Shown here: one piece after another, positions 55,471 through 64,000 of the stretch
How positions within the stretch are numbered: position 1 is the first letter of the stretch
Layout of the letters: the number at the start of each line of letters is the position of its first letter
Source of the DNA: the human T2T-CHM13v2.0 reference genome, Homo sapiens
DNA: 64,000 nt
Assembly (NCBI RefSeq): GCF_009914755.1
Contig: NC_060930.1
Reading direction: 5' to 3' (one strand)
Made by a program: the position numbers and the translations under genes
The notes under the pieces: generated by a model
What the model saw: only the letters and a program-made list of their open reading frames with translations
The model's database searches: none
Told to the model about the DNA's origin: nothing

Positions 55471-57448
55471 GACATTCTTAAAATATAACATATTGTATTT
55501 CTTGAATTTAAGCTGAACATTTGCAAGTTTTATCTTAAGGGAAAACGTGTCTCAAAAGTTAATATCACCACTCTAAGTTGAATTTACTGAAACAGATGCA
55601 GTGGTCAGCTTAGTAGCAGAGCTTAAATGAAGGAGACCTGAAGATTGGTGGTGTGTGACCCTGGTAGGAGATGATGAGGCTGAGAACTGAGTAGAAATAC
55701 TCAGGGAGTATTGAGGGAGTATTTAGGGGTAGGAATAGCCCCTTAAGTCAGGAGCTGCCTTTGTGAATAGAGGGAAGCAAGAACGAATAGGACCAGATTG
55801 TAAGAGCATACATAGGTGGGCAAGAGCAGTCCCACCACCGCTCTACCCAGTCCCACCACCTAGGCTTTTCCCAGTCCCACCACCATCCTCTCCCTCAAAA
55901 GAGAGGTGCAGTGGGAATTATTTTTTTGTCTTTTCTCCTGTCACATCTGCATGGTAAAATGAAAGGCTAATAGCATTAGGACTGTGGATACAATTATAGA
56001 AATAATCAGTGATCTAAAAAGGGGGGTGCTAACCTGCTGTTTTTGCTAATTTATTCCCAAATACTTTTCTACTTTTCTATTCTGTTGTCATTGAAGTCTT
56101 TATGGGACATTTAAAGCCTTAGGTCTGGGGTAAAATATTGCAGCCTCCAGCCTCTCCAGCAGTTACGTTCATGCCACTTCTGTGCCATTGGAGTAATTCA
56201 TGAATGACACTAAGGACTAATGGCTTGAGGGGAAGTCTTTAGATTATACCAAGGATCAACTGTAAACAAAGAGAAGTTTTTTGTTTTGTTTTTAGGCTCC
56301 AACTTGCCTATTTTATTTTGTCAGCTTTACCCAGTTTTTCCACAATATGCCAAACCCTATCTGTAATTTTGATGGCTGAACTGTATGTATATATGCGCAC
56401 ACAGCATAAAGTGCATATTTTGTTAGAACTAGATTAATGCCACAATATTCAGAAAACTTCTCCCTGTGTTTTCAAAAAATTGACATATTTTGTGGTTAGA
56501 CTGAAATGAGGTAAATGTACATGTTATTGTAGTACTAATGGATTGTTAGATATTTGCTGTAATGTTAACAGTTAATTTATGCCCTGTAAATGAATATTGA
56601 ATATGAAACACTGTTACAGGGAAAACTGTATAGTCTGAACAATAAATGCTGTATAGGAAACAAGCCTTACTCCAAATAATTTTTTTTGCTAGTTCACACC
56701 TCTGAGTAGTTGGCTCTATAGGTGTGAAGAATCTAGAGAATGTATAATTTCAGTGATAAACTAGATTATAAAGTAAGTTTAATTGCTGAAAAGAGTAAGC
56801 TTTGCCAGCTTCATATATTCTCTTGTTGCCTGTTTTTGCAAGACACATTTCAGGATATGCTTTTGGGAGCCAATCTAATGTTACCTGTATTTGCCTCTCG
56901 TAAAAATCTTAAGCTTTGTGATTTAAATCTAAGCAAGCAGGAAGTGACTTGAGAGACCTTGTAAGTCCTGTTAGGACCAGTTATCCATGATGAATAATAA
57001 GGAAGAAATTTTTATATGTGTGGGGATAATTTATGAAATCCAAACATCTACTTATTGACAGGGTGCTTAATATTTCTCCTGTAGGTAGGAGCACTCTTGC
57101 TTCCTATAAATACATTTTGTAGCAATTTAAAATCCATTTTAAATTGTCTGTAAGAGAATTAATATTTTTCAACTTTGTGTGTTCATCAGTATCCAATACG
57201 CTAAATTCAGCAAATTTATATTATGTATTATGTGGCAGGCATTTTGCTAGGGGCTGAGGCACACTGTGAATAAGACATTCATTTATCCAACAAATATTTA
57301 ATAAAGTACCTTCTATGGGTAATCTTAAGGACTTCCCTTAGGAAGTAGTGCTTATATTAAGAGTTCAAATATCAGTAGGATTTACCAAGGTGAATATGAG
57401 GATAAAAAAATCTCCCACGTGTCATGATTAAAGCACTCCATGTTGACC

Positions 57449-57819
<371 letters not shown>

Positions 57820-58096
57820 CTAAAGCAAGGAGAGGGAGAGGAGGAGCAGTGGCATCAAATGTGGCTGAAGAAATAGCTAGTAGCTGGTTCTAAGTTCTAA
57901 GCCATGGTTAGGATTCTGGATCTGGTTGTGAAGGCAATGAGAGACCATTGAAGGGTTTAGGCAGGGAGGTGATGTTATCAGAATTTGTTTTCTTACAATT
58001 TTTTTTTTTTTTTTGCAATCATTGTGGTTGCTTTGTGGAGAGTAGATCAGACTGAGCCGAGAGAGGACACAAAGATTTCAATTAAGATGTTATCGA

Positions 58097-58404
58097 GTCT
58101 GGGCATGGTGTCTCATTCCTGTAATCCCAGCACTTTGGAAAGCCAAGGCAGGCAGATTGCTTGAGGCTGGAAGTTCGAGACCAGCTTGGCCATCATGGTG
58201 AAACCCTGTCTCTACTAAAAATACAAAAATTAGCCACACGTGGTGTTGCACACTGGTAGTTGCAGCTACTCGGGAGGCTGAGGCATGAGAATCGCTTGAA
58301 CCGAAGAGGCTTGAACTCAGGATGCCAAGGTTGCAGTGAGCCGAGATTGCACCACTACATTCCAGCCTGGATGGCAGAGTGAGACTCTGTCTCAAAATAA
58401 AAAA
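58097..58404 (+). mobile_element. Alu (AluS/J) with small internal duplication
   Basis: TSD aagatg(t/c)tatc; gcttgaac repeated at 58294 and 58309. Confidence 0.92.
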
Positions 58405-58774
58405 GATGCTATCAAAGGAATCTTATAGATGATGATGGCTTAGACTACAGTGGTAATGGAGAAATAGATGGATTCAAGAGATATTTAGGAGTTGTAAATG
58501 ACTAGAATGGTAATTTGGGGGATACAAAATTAAGAAGGGAGAATGTGAAGTTCAAGATAATTCCTGGGTTCTGACTATTCTCTATGTGAATGTTGATATC
58601 ATCTGATGAGATGGGAGGAAGGGCAGAAGACAAGGTCTATTTTTTTTTTTGAGGTATTACTCAAATTGCAGATTCATGGACATAAATAGGGAACATAGGA
58701 TAGGAGTCATTTATCATCATTAGGATATATACAGGTAGAGGTGTGTGTGTGTATATTGTATGTATATATTTTTA

Positions 58775-59109
<335 letters not shown>

Positions 59110-60099
59110 CAAGGAAGCACACAAAAACCGTGCAGTGTTATTCAGTCTGTCTATTCTGAGATCAGTGAAGAGAGTCTGATTTTTTAAATTAATAAAAATA
59201 ATTTTTGAAAGAGAAAAAAATAATAAAAATAATTTTTTTTAAAAAAGAAGATAGTCTGATTTTTAAAGAGAAGGAATCGCCATGAGAGGTTGGGTGAGAA
59301 TCTGATAGGTAAAGGCGTTTTGCTTTTGCTTTTTAAAGAAGCTAGAAGATAATATTCATGAAAGGACACCTAAGTAAACTTAGCCACATTCAATAGCTCA
59401 CAAGTCCACATAAGCTACAACATATGCATAAGGTGATAAGGTTTTCATAGTAACCAAGTCCATAAGTGCATTGGTTCTTGCTAACTCCTGTTTAAACAGT
59501 TTATTCTTGCTGAGGCTGTTAACCCAGATTAACATCCAACTACCAGAATTTTATTAAGATTTTAATCAGAAGGCTAGAAGTCTGGTTTATGAATTGGCTG
59601 GCTACTAATGGCTTTGTAGCTTTTTAAAATAAGATATTTAAGTTTTGCGGTTGAGATGGGGGTGGGGGACAATGCAGCTTTAGAAAACTAGAAATGTTTC
59701 TATGAACGGAAGCTGTAGCCTATTATGGACATAAATTGGGTGGAGAGGGGATGGTGAGCAGAACCCTGTTCTGTTAAAGGAGACCTTTATACAGTGCCTT
59801 ATATGAACCAAACTCTTGAGATATGGGAAATGAATTTTTATTTTTAAGTGGATTGAGAAACAAAAACCCCTGGCAACCTTTTCCATTTTTTAAAATTTGA
59901 CTACTTGAAACATGAAGTATTTTATGGTGTGAAATACCAAACTAAAGCTTCTGGTGGGTGCATGGATTTGTAATCTGTGATTTATAGTCAGATGGGGTTT
60001 GGAGACTGAGAATGGAAATGTGGGAACCAGCAGTGTACCCTGTGCAGGCTGTGAGCTGTTAACATTTTGGGAAGCTGGGAAGTGGTTGCTTCAGTGGTG

Positions 60100-60280
60100 C
60101 ATGCTGTAGTGGGAAGAGCACAAACATTAAGAGTCAAATAAAGCTGAGTCTCAAACCCTAGCTCTAGCATTTGTTAAGGAGGGAGCAGGTTTGCCCAGTT
60201 TATTTTGAGGGCTAAATGAGAAAATGAATGCAAAGCCCCTGGCAGAGTGCTTGACTCACAGGAGGCGCTTAATTCTTAGT
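60100..60280 (+). mobile_element. MIR
   Basis: gtagtgggaagagcac...gagtcaa...aaaccctagctct...gagggctaaatgaga...gcagagtgcttgactcacagg. Confidence 0.6.
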
Positions 60281-62189
60281 TCCTCTTCTACTTCGAATTT
60301 GGTTTCCTATATACCCAACTTTAGTGTCTACAATAAAGATAGAAGCCTTATTAGTGAGCCCAAGTAGTCCTAATGAGTAAGTTGGAACAAGTGCAGTTGA
60401 ATTTCTCATCTCTACTTACTGATTATGAAATTAGAAATTCACAGGTATTAAGCACTTTATCTTTTAGAAATGCCGACCCACATGATGCTAAGAGTACCCT
60501 TAAAGACACACAAAACAGTTTATGAAAGGTTTAAAGTAACAATTGATAAATACTTTTAAATGTAATCCAGTGATGGACTTTCTGCAGGAAAGCATTGGCC
60601 ACTTATTTATCCAGTTAATGTTTATTGAGAACCATTTTTTGTCCTGGATCCTGAATAATGTAGGAGACTGACAAGTGAACGGATGATTCTTATATACCAT
60701 AGTAAGTCTTGTGCTATGGGAAATCACAGAGTGCTGTGCCAATAGAATTTGATAATACGTACCAAATGCTGTAAAAATGTACGTCCTCTCTTACCAGTTG
60801 ATATACTTCTATGATATAACTTAAGGAAGCTCAATGAAATCTTGTTTATAATAGTGAAAAGTTGGTAAATGAAAACGTGTAACACTAGTGGATTGGTTTA
60901 GTTCATGTATCTATAAATGAATGAGACCACGTACTCATTAGTGATCACCCATTTATATTTGACAAAGAAGAAACAGTCATGATTCCTTGCTAAGAGGAAA
61001 AAAATAGGTTATGGAACAGGGTTAAAAAGAATTAATTTGTTTTCAATGAGAGAAAAAGTTTAGCAAAATTACCGAAATTCTTTCTAAATATTTTGAAGAA
61101 ATCATTCTGAAAGACGTATTATTGTAATAATCTAGAAGTGGGATTGGGGGTCTAAGCATCTTGCCAAATCAGCATTGTACATCTGAAAGATAAACAATGG
61201 GGCATGTGCATATCAAAGGGAGTATTGCATAGTGGCTAGATAGGGTGTAGTTCTAGAGAGACTGCCCAGGTTAATGGGCTTGTGAAGCAGGACAGGACAA
61301 AGTGCTTTCACAGTGCTCCCAGTATTTTAAGTGCATTTTGTAGTAAGAAGATTGACGTGTGAAAAATCATTCTGAAAACAGTGGAGAAAACTATGCCAGT
61401 GAGTATGTGGGTAGCCAGTCCCTGGGACTTCACTTTGCTAGCACCATTAGGTCACTTTATCTTCTGGAGACATTCCATTTCTGGGTACTAAAGGTTTCAA
61501 GCATATCTTTGTTGAGAAATTATTTTTCCCCTTAGATGATAATAAGGTAAGTTGCCAAGATTTGGGCTGCTGTTCACTCTTAACAGTATTCCCATTAAAG
61601 TGCAAACGTTTTTAAATTCAGTTTTTACAAGTAACAGTTTGCTTTGGAAAAGCTTTATTCACATAAACCTCTCTCAGGCTGACAACTTTATTCAAGACAA
61701 GTTTAAGACCTTTGGATATACCATTAACTAACTTATAAAATTAGTTATTCCTAAGTTTTTTTTCTCATTTAGAGAGGTGGGTAAGCTTGGAGACTTCTAG
61801 TTTTCTCATTTATATGAGAATTATAAAATATATCAAGGGAACAGACCTTCACTGTGTCTGAATCAGATGCAGTGGCTGTTTCTGGACCTTTCATCTGCAC
61901 TGCTCTCCAGTGTAGAATGATGGGAGGCAGGCTCTGTGCCTCATATTTTGTTGTTTACTTCTTTACATGTAATATAAATCTGTTCCCCTTCATTTTCAGA
62001 GTAGACTTCTGAGAGTTTCTTTCTTTTTGGCAGTAATCAGAAGTTGGATGCTGGGTGGTTCAGAAAGAAAGGCCTAAGAGAATAAGAACTGTGATGCAAA
62101 TATCAGGGCCAAAATGAAGAGATAACTCTTACTTAGTGCCCCTTTCTTTAAGTTAGGAAAATACCTTTTCTTTTTAATTCTGTCATTTG

Positions 62190-62375
62190 TTAAGTACTCA
62201 TGTGCTAGGTTCTTCATGTACATTATCTTATTTAATCCACATTTTCCTGAGAGGTATAAATAACCACCTCCCTTTGTTTTACAGAAGGCCTCAAAAGATT
62301 AAAGAATTTGCTTTTAGCTATATGCCCAGTAAATAGCCAGGTCAGGATTTGAATCCACGTCGTCACTCTAAAGCT
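62190..62375 (-). mobile_element. MIR
   Basis: catttgttaagtactc...acattatcttatttaatcc...caggatttgaatcca. Confidence 0.65.
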
Positions 62376-63394
62376 CTTTGTATTGCACAGACTTTGGCAT
62401 GGAAGTTAGAAAATTCTAACTCAGTTTCTGGTGAGTTGTAGTAATTTTCTCAGCTCTTGCATTCTCTATCTGTAAAATGAGAGGATTGAGCTGAATTTTT
62501 AAAGCCATTACAGGTTGTAACATTCTGTGATTCCTGGATTCTTTTTCAGATTCAAGTAGAGAATATATAGAGCTTCTACTCCTCTCTTTGTGAGCAGCCA
62601 GTTGGGTTTGTATGTTAGCCAAATGATGTTATGACACCATCACCCTGTGCAGGTGTAGAAAAGGCATAGAAGGAGTATGGGTTAAAAGAAGGTACACTGT
62701 GTCAACTGCTGATTCCTAAAAGAAAACCTGAAGTTTTTGAACTGCCAGTTCACAAAAGAGAACTTGAAAGTACCTGAGCATCAAAGTAGCATGGCAAGCA
62801 TGGGCTGGAGAGTGTGTGGGTGGGACCTGGTATTCATAATTGTCTTTAGATACCAACATCCTTCACCTTCAAAGGCTTATTGTGCCTGAGTGAGTAAGTT
62901 TCTGTGTGTGCATCTGTCTCCAGGCATTGGGGATTATGCTAGATGGTACAGTGATGACTCAGTTTCAGTTCTTTCAGGATCATATAACATTTCCAATTAA
63001 ATGGTAGACAGATGGTTATGGGAGGGACACAATGATTATTGACATAGGAGAGCTAATGAGATTACATGACATAAAAAAGAAGTATCATTATTGCAGTATT
63101 TTTATTCCATTGATATAGTACCTGTTTCTTGAAGGTGCTATACAAATAACACTGAGATAATAAGCCATTTTTAAATGTCAAAACATGGAAGAACAAGAAA
63201 GTGGCTAGGAGAAATAAATACACAGAAAAGAAGCAGTGGGGGCTTTAGAGCACTGATCACCTTAGCAGTTACTAACTGGCTACATTCATTGCACTCACTA
63301 GTGGTGCTGGAAATGGCTGGGGGCTTGACATGGAGGTCTCTTTCTTGGGCCATCTTGGTGATCACAGTGCCACATCCTGTGGTTGTGATTGAAG

Positions 63395-63620
63395 ACCATG
63401 GGCTTTGTTGTCAAATGGACCTGTCCTTGCTACTTATTAGCTGTTAACTTAGAAAAAATTACCTAAACTTTCTGAACCTCAATTTCTTTATCATTAAAAT
63501 GATGTTATTTATACCTTCCTTGTTAGGGTTTTCCTGATGATTAACATAAATACGTTATACACATAAAACATTTAGTTCAGTGCCTGGCACATAATAAACG
63601 CATCATAAATGCTAGCTATT
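63395..63620 (+). mobile_element. MIR
   Basis: ctacttattagctg...ttctgaacctcaatttc...cagtgcctggcacataataaacgc..ataaatgctagct. Confidence 0.8.
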
Positions 63621-64000
63621 CTTACGCTGAGAATATGTCAAAAGGTAATGATTCTGATGAAGTTATAGAGTATGATAGCAACACTTCCCTCTGGTTCGAA
63701 TGCTATGTCAAGTTGTAAGAATCTTGTACTTCTCTGAATTGATATAATAAACTATAATCTGTACTTCATAGAGTAGCGTTAGATTTTTAAAATATATAGA
63801 GAATAAAGACAATAATCACACTCAGATACCTACCAACAGCTTAAGAAATAAAAAATTACAGAACAAGATAGAAGACCCGTTTTTCTCCTTATCCCTTGGC
63901 CTCAAAGAGATAATCACTGTCCGAAATCTGGTATATTATTTCCTTGAATGTTTTTATCTTGTAATTATTATCATTCATGTATCCATAAACAATATGCGGT

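Noticed and set aside
55827-55884. CRISPR-like repeat-spacer pattern
   Set aside because: Primate DNA, 13-bp repeats with 8-11-nt spacers and no cas genes; kept only as a local repeat finding.
57123-57146. Palindrome caatttaaaat-cc-attttaaattg
   Set aside because: Extremely AT-rich and plausible by chance in 64 kb.
63690-63705. Pol III B-box-like ggttcgaatgc
   Set aside because: No A box or cloverleaf; probably chance or a decayed MIR.

Overview
Primate (human-like) genomic DNA: AT-rich, CpG-depleted, with no CpG island and no credible protein-coding exon. It looks like the interior of a large intron or an intergenic region. The + strand appears T/G-skewed by eye, which weakly suggests a + strand host transcript; the gene cannot be identified from this window. 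Much of the window is interspersed repeat: roughly two dozen dimeric Alus (J, S and Y types), Alu monomers (FAM/FLAM), old L1M and L2 fragments, MIRs, two THE1 solo LTRs, an MLT1 LTR, MER5/MER6/hAT DNA-transposon fossils and several microsatellites. The supplied ORFs are repeat-derived or chance ORFs. The best-supported unusual structure is a 192-bp, gap-free inverted copy (7 mismatches) of 6549-6740 inserted inside a THE1 LTR at 5421-5612. Other template-switch or fold-back scars occur, including two in different Alus at the same TGTAATC/GATTACA site. Also noted: an Alu-tail GAA/GAAGGA tract, a head-to-head Alu pair 37 bp apart, two CTCF-like motifs and three candidate small exons. I found no evidence of a new multi-gene biological system. 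Repeat family names come from recalled consensus sequences, and boundaries of old repeats are approximate.
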